Origin: Octopus sinensis
Lineage: Eukaryota
DNA length: 64,000 bases
Assembly: GCF_006345805.1 (NCBI RefSeq)
Contig: NW_021833257.1
Location: forward strand, 1 to 64,000
Direction: 5' to 3'
In this document: positions 37,790 through 49,214 of the stretch, piece after piece
Layout of the letters: every line of letters starts with the position of its first letter
How positions within the stretch are numbered: position 1 is the stretch's first letter
Position numbers and translations under genes: made by a program
The notes under the pieces: model-generated
Database searches by the model: none
Told to the model about the DNA's origin: nothing
Seen by the model: the letters and a program-made list of their open reading frames with translations, nothing else

Positions 37790-38230
37790 AAATCCTTCCA
37801 TGTCTTTGGAGCCTTACGTACGATCGCTTAAGATATGCTAAAATTGATGCCACTCACAACATCACTTCTGAGTTTCAACCGAGACATCTTTTGGGTCATT
37901 CTGCGGTTCAAAAGGGGGACAACACGATTTGCAGAGATATATCTACTAAATTTTTCCTTAACCTGCAAGAGTAGAGATAACTTGCTAAGCTGGTTCTTGT
38001 GTTGATCAGAACACGGTGGGCCTTATATCGGCGTAACCGCAACTCCAGTCCTTCCTTGAGAAGGGTATTGGCCAGCTTCTTCAGTGCATTCAACGACAAG
38101 TTCGAGCTAAAGCATCGATTGAAGCAGGGTAGGCTACCCATTCCTGGGCATCCTGAAAGCTCTTCCCAACATTTAGGAAGGTACGGATTTAACCGAGTCC
38201 TGCTGGGTCGTGGACTTAGTCCCTAAATAT
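37790..38230 (-). other. Unidentified open exon-like segment spanning the left breakpoint of copy B
   Basis: Open frame GLSPRPSRTRLNPYLPKCWEELSGCPGMGSLPCF...IVLSPF begins right after a TTTAG acceptor. Only its first ~90 nt are present in copy A. Confidence 0.3.
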
Positions 38231-38434
38231 ATGCAGTAAGGTTCAATTTCATAAATTCCAACAAATATCAAATCTTAGTAAATCCAAAAAAAACTTCTAA
38301 TTATATTATAATAAAATATTCGTTTTATTATTGTTAATTTTTTGGAAAACCTAACATAATCGGATAACCACGTGCTATTCGTGATTTTTTTAATGGTGTG
38401 CATTGTTTTTATTCGTGAAATATATTTTCATATA

Positions 38435-39857
38435 CACCCCTCGACATAAAATCCGAACACTTAATTTTTAGCAAATTTTTAATCATTTTTAATAAAGAAT
38501 TTATTTGAGCTTCTTTATTTGTATTATTTTAACTATTTATATATTTAAATATATATTCAAACATATAATTTAAAGAAATAAAGCAAAAAACGGAAATTTC
38601 ATGACAAAAAAAACCGAACAAAATTTAATTAGTAGCTTGAATGCCTTCCTTTTTGTTGTAAACTTCCAAACTACGATTTTTCATTGAGCTAACAAGTTTT
38701 CTGATGAATTCCATTGGGATTTTCCCAAATTTCCGATATTTTTGCTTTAAATCAATTTTTGTACTTGTTCTGCTTTCTGACGTATCACTTGAAAGAACGT
38801 TTTTAATGTGAGCCCAAATGTGTTCGATTGGGTTCATGTCAGGTGACTGAGGTGGCCAGTCGAGCAAATTAATATTTTGAGACGACATATATTCTTTAGT
38901 TGCCTTAGATGTGTGGCAAGGCGCATTATCTTGTTGGAATATATAGTCGCTCAATCCCATTTTATTCGCTGAATCTTCAAGATTATTTGCCAGAATATTA
39001 ATATATTCCCCAGAGTTCATTTTTCCATCAATAAAAACTAATTTCCCCATTCCGAAATACGAAAAACAGCCCCAAACAAGAACTTTCCCTCCACCAAACT
39101 TAAAACTAGGTATTATCTTCGCATATCTCAATTTATTTCCTTTTTTTCTGTATTGATACATTCGTCTTGAATGGGAAAAAAGTTCAAAACTACATTCGTC
39201 GGAGAAAATAACTTTCCTCCATCCGCAGTCGGAAATTGCAAGAAATTTTTAGATATTCCATATCTGAGAGCAATATTTTTTGAACTTAGAAATGGTCGTT
39301 TCTTTACAACTCATCCATACAACCTTTTGAGTTTAGAATTCTTGTTATTGTACGTGCTGAGACTTTTTTTGTGTAATTTTTTCCATTTCTGAGACAAGGT
39401 AGCTGCAGTTCGAAAATTATCAGTTGATAATGATAAAAGAATCCTAATTTCATCTTGACTGAACTTGGGTGGCCTTCCAGATCCAGCCTTTCTGCACGTA
39501 ATCTCGGTTTTAGATATTTTTAACAAAGTCCCAAACAGTTGTTCGGTATATTTACGATGTCCGAAATCATTTATAGGAGAAATTTTGATTATATAAAGAT
39601 ATAATTTGTCCTTTTTTGAAATATTCATTTCTGTCTAATAAAAATTGTATCTGAGAGTGAACAAATACCGTTCGGAATTTTTGTCACTAGAAAACACGTC
39701 GTTTCTGCTTTAATTTTGAAAATTATATCTTCGAATTATATTTTAAATATATAAATAATTAAAATAATACAAATAAAGAAGCTCAATAAATTCTTTTATT
39801 AAAATGATTAAACATTTGCTAAAAATTAAGTGTTTCGGATTTTAATGTCGAGGGGTG
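38435..39857 (-). mobile_element. Complete Tc1 (DD34E, IR-DR type) transposon, 1423 bp
   Basis: ~190-bp TIRs starting CACCCCTCGACAT; TA TSD (38433-34, 39858-59); empty site TTTTCATA-TA-TTAAGGG in copy A (~18393-18409). Motifs GSGRPPK, VWGCFSY, FQQDNAPCH, WPPQSPDMNPIEHIW. Confidence 0.95.
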
Positions 39858-40076
39858 TATTAAGGGTTAATTTGTATTAAAATTGATTAAATATAGTGTG
39901 ATTGATAGAATTTCTTATTATATTCGATATTCTATCATTGAATTGGTTTATTTTCACATTAATTTAGTCTTTTTTACATTTTAACCATTCAATATTTCTT
40001 GGATTTTTTACACATTTTTATTTCTTGCCTATTTTTATATTTATTACAATTTTACTGTATGAAAATTCAATAATTT

Positions 40077-40990
40077 CTATATTCTTGAAATATTTTTATT
40101 TTTTTGTTTTTTCTCAATATTTTTTTTTTGAATGAGAATTTTGAAATGTTTTATGTTCCGAGTCGAGAATGAAATCGAGCCGAGACTGAAATTATGACAG
40201 CTGTCATCATTCCCAATCCTTGTCAAAAATAAGATAATCAAACTTGAAATCCGTCGACCAACTGAGCGAAGGAAGGGAAGAGATTTCCCCCTGCTTGTAT
40301 GGGAAGGTGGACATGCCGTCCCCTCTATCCAGTCCAACAGGTTCGAGGATTGACGGGACGCCGGCGGAACCGAGGGTTCTCTGTATGATCGAGTTGAGTT
40401 CACTGTCAGCCCGACACGGAGGGAGATTGCGATTCTTAGGCATTCCTTGTCCACCAGGTTTCCCATGGAAGGGAGAGGGAGAGCCTTTAACCAGGCATCG
40501 CTGCTTTCACAGCGACCTGCACGGAGGCAAGCGACACGGTGTTGATTGGAGACGGGAAGGATGCCTTTGAAAATTGCCTGACATGAGATTTCGTCCCATT
40601 GACGCTGGACAGATTGAGACTTGGGCAGCTTCGAGCCAAAACTGAGGCTCTCACCGACACAGGCGGCAGAGTAATCGTCAGACAATTTCCGTTTGGGGAG
40701 GTTTCCTTTTTCTTTACACCATCTTGCAATCTTACCATATGACCAAGAGTTATTTTCCATGATATTGATTTGTTCATGGAAAGATCTATAAGTAAAATAT
40801 CATCTTCATAAATGACCATCTCCATGTTAGGATGATCCACTTTAGGAATGTCACACATCTTATAATTAAATAAAGTGGATTGATGACAGATCCCTGTGGA
40901 ACTCCTCTCATAAGAGAAATTTTCCTCGACAATTGGTTTTCGACGCGTATGAATGTTTCTCTTCCGAGAGGAAACTCTTCATCCAAAGTA
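40077..40990 (-). mobile_element. LINE RT fragment fused to CRE-clade remnant (copy B)
   Basis: GVPQGS..EDDILL..LQD runs into SAACVGESLS..QRQWDE..AWLKALP..LEPVGLDRGDG near 40660. Confidence 0.75.
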
Positions 40991-41560
40991 AGACCGTCTT
41001 TTCATAATTATTTTAACGTGGATCATTTTTTATAGCGCGATGTCAGTGTTATGAGTCAACAATTTGTTCACTTGAAACTGTGTTAATAATTTGTGAAACC
41101 ATCCTTTCACCAAGAAATGTAACAATGTCTCTGCATTTGGTTTCCGAAGGAACAGAATGTCCATATTTATTAAAAAAATCAATAATTGATGTATTTCGTA
41201 ACTTATGAAGTGGAATATTTGCTGATAAAAATGCATTTGCAAGATCCACGGCAAAACAATCAGCAGTGACCTCATTTTTACTATGAGTATCCAAAGTATA
41301 TCTGGGATTCTCAGAATATGCTTTTTAGAATGTCTGTGCTTATCAATAAACCATTGCTTATTGGCAGTTACGTAAGAATTACATAATTTGCAGAATAATT
41401 CTGACCTGTTCTGAAATGATTTGCTTATTGATAAAAGAGTTTCTTTAATATAGAAAAACTCGCGTAGAAAAGTGGAGGAACATCAGAAAGCTCGGATCTA
41501 TACTTGGCGACTCAGAAGATATTACTCGACGGAAAATCTTACTTAGCCAAAATAGCACTC
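40990..41560 (-). mobile_element. hAT-like (CGGBP1-type) transposase fragment (copy B)
   Basis: ORF 41049-41294 DLANAFLSANIPLHKLRN...VPSETKCR. Confidence 0.5.
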
Positions 41561-42027
41561 AAAAAATTACAATTGATTTTATTGAGAACGTGCATTAACT
41601 AACTAACTTTCTCTTGATTTTGTTAATTTTACAGTTAACTTTTACAGTCTCAAATCTCAATTTATTTAATTTATACAAATTTAGATTGAGATATCCAGTG
41701 TTACTTCACTTTGATATTGATAATTGCGAAAAATGGAATTCAATGCGGCACATGGTCGGAAACAATGTCCGCTTCCAACCTCGGTGTTTAGTTGACGTCG
41801 AGTATAGAAAGAGACCCAAGCGATCAGCCCTGCCTGTGTTTGCATATATCTTTAGACAAAGTAATCTTTACAATTGCTTTATTAAAACTAAACTTGAGTT
41901 ACATCTCCCTAATTCTTAAATTTACTATCCTCCACTGTGAGTATTACATTTTTTGACATGACACAAGTCAAATTCGAATATAAATTTTATTATTTGAATA
42001 AATTATTAAATAATTGTGCACGTTAAA

Positions 42028-42887
42028 ATGAACAATGACATGGAAGCTTTGTATACACTAGAAGAGTTGACATATCTAATATTATTATAGAGGAGAGTGC
42101 CTCCCATCTTCCTCCAACGACTCGGAAAGCAGCACAGATTGGGTGGCCTTCACAAATTCTCTACGAAGACATGACCAATACATTCCTCCTTCTCCCCCTG
42201 TCGAAGAGGACGACTGGAACATCCCCTCAATCCACCTCACCAACATCACCCTTCAATTACACCCAGTCGGACTCCTCCGTCTGTCCATCAACCCTATTTC
42301 CGCTACCGTGGAAGGGACGAGTGATACCCCTCCACTTGCAGAGGACACTGTCCTTCTCCTCCACAAAGACACTCCTCTAGGCATAGTTAAAGAAATATTC
42401 GGCCTTGTTGAAAAGCCCTCCTATGTGGTCGGCCTGTGTGAGGAAGCCCTCGATCTGATTTCTCGGGGAATAGTTCTCAACAACACACAAGTGTTCTGTG
42501 TCCCCCAAGACCCCACACTCACTCAATTTGTCTTCAATGTCGACTCCCTTAAACAGTCTCTTCTTGGAGGTCTATTTTAGAACACGTGGTCTGACGCTTC
42601 TTGGATTGGGAACACTGAACCACCCCCACAGGTTGTTTTATTTAGTCTTATTTATAGCACACTGGACTACTCTGACGACGAACAGGAGAAGTGTGCCCGA
42701 CTCGAGTCTAAACTGGGAGTCACCAATGAGGAGGCTATACGAATTCGCCAACAAAGGAAACAGAGATCGATCAATCGAAGAAAACCCCCCACTATGGAAT
42801 GTGGCCTCCTCCTTGGCGATATCCGCCACGATCTGCCTACCCTTACTATCCTTTCTATCCACCATTTTGATTTACTTTATTTTATAA
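42028..42887 (+). CDS. Orphan ~250-aa protein with C-terminal hydrophobic anchor (copy B)
   Basis: Paralog of 22696-23557 with the same start context and introns; ORFs 42143-42580 and 42498-42887. Confidence 0.65.
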
Positions 42888-43352
42888 AGATTAAGACACA
42901 GTTGAAATGATTCTAATTTGTCTAACATTTGGAGTATTTCTCTCCTTAATGAACCACGTCTCATAGCTTGTCAAGTTTGTAGGAATAACTATTAATCACC
43001 ACAGCCTGTATAAAACTCATTTCTAAATAATTTTCCGAAAGACAAAAATACTCAAACACTCATCCCATTTAAGAAGTTGTACGTGGTCTTTCTATAGTCT
43101 TGTAAGAAACCAATTCTCTATCTATTATACAAGGTTTTTATTTTTCTTTATTGTCATTGTAGTCTATGAATACGTTTATATTCTATCGACATGTCTTCAA
43201 AATCTTAGAGAGGATGTTGAAAAAATGGCATAAGCGGAATGCACAAGTGCGGGGAAAGCGATATGTGTTAATAATAATTAAGTAAATAAGCCCACAAAAT
43301 AAATCAAAGGATAACAGTATTAGTCAAACTAACCCATTAAACAAGAAGAGAG

Positions 43353-44166
43353 TCAATATGTTTTATTTCCATGTAGTATACCGCAAGTACTGTTTCTCAG
43401 ATGGCAGAACCATTGTTTAATAGCAGTAAAGCGGTTTATGGCTCTTCATCATCAGAGAAGAGAAGGAATAATAATACAATCTTCACCTTGCTAAAAATAT
43501 ACTAAAGTAATGTCAACCTTCCAATTAACTGGGGTGGCTAAGGCATGAACATCAGTCATAATGACAGAATCAATCACTCGAGAGCTTACTAAAATATTAA
43601 AACTACATAAACCTAACATTCCTTCCAGTAGTAGCCGGATAGAGAATACTAAGTCTCATTTCATATCTTTATCAATCAAATAACCTAAAGATTAGTAAAA
43701 CCAAGCAAAATAATTTAATATACCGCACGTGCCGGGAGAGTATTATTATCTGGGCTAATTTCTCGAGGGTCCAGCATCCCCAACTGGGTGACAATTTTCT
43801 TTCGGAATCGTCTATTATAGGAAATGGCAAACTCTCTGTTGTTATATTTCCATGTGCAAGAATGTCCTAATTATTTGCTGTGGAATTTGAATGTACTTTA
43901 ATCTATTCTCGGTGGCTCTCCACGGTATCACAGGACAGGCCAATTAGTTTGACATTTCTTTGTTCAAATTCATTGACCTTTTTGCTAGTTCAGCTAATTC
44001 GGTCGTACAGACCGGAGTAAAATCTCGTGGATGTGAAAAAAATAAACACCAACTATTATATTTATGTATAAAAGTATTACCTTGATCCAATAAAACTGTA
44101 AAGATCAAAATCACCCATTGTGGTCTGCAGTTGAAAATTTGGGAACTTGTCGGAGAGACGTAGCAT
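43353..44166 (-). pseudogene. PRDX6: 1-Cys peroxiredoxin (Prdx6), copy B: intact start and PVCTTE motif but in-frame TAG; promoter displaced by insertion
   Basis: [11 protein letters not shown]...[20 protein letters not shown]...SHRE*IK|DILAHG...FPIIDD...YPATTGRN...ATPVNWK. TAG at 43903-05. Confidence 0.88.
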
Positions 44167-44272
44167 TAATAAATGTGACCGGTTCATAATGAGATACGGT
44201 TGAATACGAGCCGTTAAAAAGATCGATAATTAATATACCGATTCAAAAGGCCAATTAAAATAAAGGCAAACG

Positions 44273-47200
44273 AACGAACGAACAGATTTTATTGACTTAG
44301 CAACCGAAAGAGAAGAGTTATATGAAAAGGTTTTATTAAAATCGAGACACCGAAAGCCTCCTCCTTGCTTTCCTTTTCACTTCTCATGCCCTTTGCAATG
44401 AGCAGAGGACTTGCCGAATGTTTTGAGTTTGTTCGTCTAGCTCTCTGGGGAGATCCTGATCAAGCCGTAGCTTATACGCCAGTTTAATCGCAAAGCGCCT
44501 TGTTTTCTCCAGTTTGGTGATTATGCGATTTCTCTCGTCTGTAGGGTACCAACCTTCATGTCCATAGATAAGGACTGGTTCTACAGTCGCCTTATAGATG
44601 AAGAGAAAGGTGTCTGGGGAGAGATGGAAGCGTATAAGGCTTCTCAGGATCCCGGAACATTTCCTTCTTCTAGATTCCACGAACTTAAGGAACGATCCGT
44701 CAGCCCCGATCGTTACCCCAAGGTAGCGTAGGTCGTCAGAGATTCTTAGTCCCATTGTCTCCAGAAGTGGTTCTCTTCCTTTCCGAGTTTTAGAAACCCA
44801 CGTGATGGTGGACTTGTCTCGTGCTAAGGAGAGGGCTTTCTCCGTAGCCCAAGACTCAATCCTCGCTATATATTCCCTCAGCCTTTTCCAAGAGAGGTCC
44901 TTGGATCGCGACAGATCCGTAACCAATATGTCGTCCGCATAGATAATTAGTAGACTCTCCGGTTACTGGTTTCGGGATGTCGGCAACGTATAAGTTGAAA
45001 AGTAGAGGGCTCAGGACCGACCCTTGAGGCACTCCCCTCCTTAGATTGATTGTATCCGAGGTCCGGTTACCACATCTGATAAAAGACTTTCGCATGTGTA
45101 AGAAATTCTCTAGCCATTTGACAGTCCTTTGCCCCGGATGGATACTGATGATCCTTTCCAGGAGGCCTAGGTGCCAAACGCTGTCGAACCCCTTTGAAAT
45201 GTCCAGACAAACAGCTGTCATCCCCATCTTGTGTGTAAGGGCCCTCGAGATTTGCGTTTCCAGTTGGGCAAAGTTTCCACACAGGACTTCCCACGTCGGA
45301 AACCCCATTGTTCTTTAGCCAGATAACCTGACTCCTCCACGAGAATAGATAATCTGTTAAAGATTATACGTTCCATGATTCTTGATATGGAGCAGATGAG
45401 ACTTATGGGTCGGAAATTTTTCTGCACGGTCTTTAGGTTTCCCTGCCTTTGGAATCATTCGTACCACGGTTTTCTTCCATGCATTCGGGACGTAGCCAGT
45501 CTCCCAACTGGCATTGAAAAGTATCGTTATTATCTTGACTAGGCTTATCGGGGCCTCTTTGAAGACTCGGATGGGTATGTAATCAAAACCCGGTGCGTTG
45601 TCCTTGCATCTTTTAATTGCTAGTAGGGTTTCATCCAGGGTGATTGCGTGACAAAGTCGACCAGGGGACATTTTCGCAGAGGCTATTGCCCTCTTTTTAT
45701 CGTCCATTATATCTGTCGGGACAAAACAGCTCGGGTCGACATCTTGAATTTTCGCCAGTTGTTGACGTAAAGCGTCAGGTACATCGTCTCGGTTGATGGT
45801 ATAGCCATTTTCTGTGGTTAAATTGATTTCATCTCCTTTGCATTCCGTTTCCTTTAGGCGATTATATGCCTTCCAGAAACTTGGGTGTCTTCGATTAAGC
45901 TTAGAACATTCCAATCTCCAAGCTGAGTCAATGTTTTCTTTAGACCTTTTGTCGATGCTCTTTTTAAGAGAGGAAATCATTGCTCGTAGGCGTGTGCAGT
46001 CTGTTGGGTCAAAACATCTGCGTAGCCTCTTCTGGTATCTTGCCTTTTCTTTCAGGAGACTCACTACTGTGTCGTCGAGTTCATGAATCCCTCCACCAGA
46101 GTGTTTAATGAACTTTTTCCTGGAGAACTTCTCCAAAGAAGTGTTGATAAGATTCCTAACGAGCTGGTCCAGACTTTCAATTTGTTTTGTCGTGTGAACT
46201 GCTACCCGATGTATGAGTGACTCTAGCGAGGTTGTCAGGAATAGGGACACAAGGGGCCAATTCGTTTGATTGGTATTGTATCCAATAAATACTTCATCTT
46301 GCAGAACTGAGCTTGCACGTAACACCATTGTTTGAGGAAGGTGATCGCTTCCGATATCAATTTCAATGCGTGGGCGGTCACAGAGGGGAGCTAAGCAGTC
46401 CGCCACGAGAAACACACCAAGTCGATCTTCTCCGTAACATGAGAAGTGATTCGTTTCGTCAGAGGACCAGACCTCAAAACCGTGTCTCGCCGATAAGGTA
46501 TGAAGTAACCGTCCGTCACTGTTTGTTGATACGCATCCATATAGCGAGTTCTTTGCGTTTAGGTCTCCGACTAGAATCGACTTTCCATTTGCCTTGAAGA
46601 AACCTCCAACTAGGTCTGGGTAACTCTTGAGGTCCTTTGAGTACATCCCCCCAATAGTGATCCATCCCAGAGAAGTATGGAGCTCGAGAGACAGCATTTC
46701 GCATCGACTTTCTTCTATTCTCCTGTGGTTTCTTGTTTGAAGGTTTTCTTTATAGTAGATGCACGATCCGGTTCCCGCATTCGCGAACGGTTTCCAGGCA
46801 ATACTCAATGACTTGTATCCTTTGATGCTGAAGGATTGGCCTTCCTTCAGTTTCGATTCATTGATAACAAGTATATCCATGTCTACGGAGCCAATCATGT
46901 GGAGTAGCTCCGTAGCCCGTCTCCGAAGAGATCGGGCGTTGACGAGCGTTATAACGCTCATATCTTTCCGTCTGGATACTGGCGGCAGACCTCTCCCTTT
47001 AAGAGCGCCACCAGGAGGAGTAAACCCTCTCCCTTCTTTTTTGTCAGCGGCTTTTTATCCGTAATCATTAATTTGATGTCCGACTCCAGCTTCTCAGCGT
47101 ATGACAGTCCCTCCATTTGCCACGGCATAATAGAAGGGTTCTGCTTCTCTGCTTCCCTTTTCGATGGGACTGTATCTCTTTTGGGTTTACCGCTTACAGT

Positions 47201-48225
47201 CTGTAGTGGTTTTCCTTCTTGTTTAGGAATATCGGTAGCCAGTGCGTCTGGTTTTGAAGGCTCGACGACCACACTCAGTGCTTCTGATTTCGGATGGGGT
47301 ATTGATCCAACTCCAATAAATTGAGTTCCTCGCGGAGGTTCTCAGTTTCTTCATCTGTTTGGGTTCCTACGTCGAAAGTGTCCTTCTTTTTGTCGACCGT
47401 CTTCCACTCTGACGGATGTGGTTTGCTTTTAGGACTGGGTTTTGTTGTCTCTTCTTTCATATGGCAACTGCTGCTGATATTGTCTTTGGAATAGACAATT
47501 TTTTGTGTCCTAGGCCGGAAGATCTCTTCCTTTGGTGATTTTTGGACTCGTTTGGACATACTTAGTATGACCTTTAAGGCTTCCTTCGCTTTAGGGCAAC
47601 CTCGAAAGCTTGCCATATGCTCTGTCGATCCGCAATTAATACAGATTTTGGAGATTTGCCCTTGTTTTGAGCACGAAGCTCGATCATGATCTTCTCCACA
47701 GAGTAAGCACCTTCTTTTTTCTTTGCAGTTTCGGGACAAGTGCCCAAAATTCTGACAGGAATAGCACTGTGGTGCCGGTTTACGGAACCACTCACAAGAT
47801 ACACGGTGAAAAGCAATTGTGATGCCCATTCTGACCAGAGATGCTGCCTCACCTCGGTTCGGGATTACTACCTTCGCCATTGGCAATGGGCGACCATTTT
47901 TTGAGAAACATTCTACTTTGAATCCGGGCGACAGTATAGACTGAAGATAGTCTTCGAGTTCTGGAGTGCCAACCCAATACGGTAGGTTCCTTAGGACGAC
48001 CTCTGATGGGGCGAGGGATGCTTCCTTGATGGTGTGACCTTCTACTCCAAAGGGTTTTGTATCTCGGAAATCTTCAGTAAAACTTTTCGCCTCTTTCTCC
48101 GACGGAAAAGTGAGGACAAAATCCCCGTTGCGGCGACGATAAACTTTCGATTGTTTTACGCTTTCACGTGAACATAAAATATTTGCGATGATGATGGCCC
48201 CCAAAGACTGGTTGTTTATAGTTAA
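44273..48225 (-). mobile_element. Near-full-length I/Jockey-group LINE, 5'-truncated within ORF1
   Basis: 11-bp TSD AAAGGCAAACG (44262-72, 48226-36). ORF1 CYSCQNFGHLSRNC, CLLCGEDHDRASC, CINCGSTEH. ORF2 NARSL..NESKL, QWGFR, LDISKGFD, GVPQGS. Tail CAATAAAATCTGTTCGTTCGTT. Confidence 0.93.
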
Positions 48226-48502
48226 AAAGGCAAACGTCCCGAACTAATGATTGAACTTTAAATTTTTGAAAAAATGATGTTTTATATTTGAACCATGTTT
48301 GCTTTAAAATAGTAAAATTATTTACAACATTAGCAAATTATAATGTGAATTATTTTTATTTTTGATATTATAAACTGCAACATTAGCAAATTACAAGTTT
48401 GTAACAACTTTAACTCTAATCTTAACTTTAACTCTAACTATAAATGATTTCAACGTTATTTATAAACATATTCATCATAAAAAAGACACTAAAGAAAACA
48501 GA

Positions 48503-48713
48503 CCCCAACCCTAATCCCTGACGCTAACCCTGACCCTAATTCTGACCCTGACCCTAATTCTGACCCTAACCCTAATTCTGACCCTGACCCTAATTCTGAC
48601 CCTAACCCTGACCCTAATTCTGACCCTAATTCTGACCCTAATTCTGACCCTAATTCTGACCCTAATTCTGACCCTAACCCTGACCCTGATCCTAACCCTG
48701 ACCCTAACCCTAA
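48503..48713. repeat. Interstitial telomere-variant hexamer array (CCCTAA / CCCTGA / TTCTGA; TTAGGG-type on the minus strand)
   Basis: About 35 hexamers with a (CCCTAA TTCTGA)n 12-bp higher-order core. Confidence 0.92.
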
Positions 48714-49214
48714 TATGATTTAACGGCATTCACGCCATTTAACGGCTCGTATAACGCCACTTTGACGGCTCGTTTAACGGCTCGTATTCAACCTGGGCTC
48801 GTATTCAACCGGTCACAATAAATTTAACTATTTGTTCTAAATAAAAATTGTCACATTTTAAATATAAAAAAATTATTCCGAATATTTAACAATTTAAAAA
48901 AATGCTTCAGTTTATAAAAGTATTGAGCCTTTGGACTAAACAATGGGTGGTTTTCTGGTTCAATAAATAAATAAAAGGTTCAATAAAAAATAAATGGGCA
49001 GTATTCCACATTTTCTCTTTTTCCCATATAAATTATAAATCAATGATATATAAAAAAACTAAGGTTTACACGATTCCTTCTGAGAAGGAGAAGGAAATGT
49101 TAGAATTGAGGGTGTTATTCAAAAAATTATAATTATTATAAAATCAAATAAATTAATATTTTATAACGTGGTTTTTTCTTGGTTGTATAACATCTTTCAT
49201 ACCAATGATAGTTT

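Larger units (their letters stand above)
44174..48817. mobile_element. Non-autonomous TGT...ACA (Ginger2-like) element (~680 bp when empty) carrying a LINE and a telomere-like array
   Basis: 45-bp imperfect TIR TGTGACCGGTT...GGTTGAATACGAGCCGTTAAA (44174-218, 48773-817); 5-bp TSD ATAAA (44169-73, 48818-22). Confidence 0.88.

Noticed and set aside
32510-48225. Programmed frameshifting in LINE, Tc1, MULE, TTC7 or NAA40 ORFs
   Set aside because: The duplicated copies differ by many single-base homopolymer indels, typical of long-read error or decay; individual frameshifts cannot be trusted.
48503-48713. A true chromosome end or healed break
   Set aside because: The array is internal, enclosed by TIRs and a TSD, and colinear duplicated sequence continues beyond it.
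48511-48729. ORF encoding (RV/RI)n dipeptide
   Set aside because: It is the translation of the hexamer array; no evidence of coding function.
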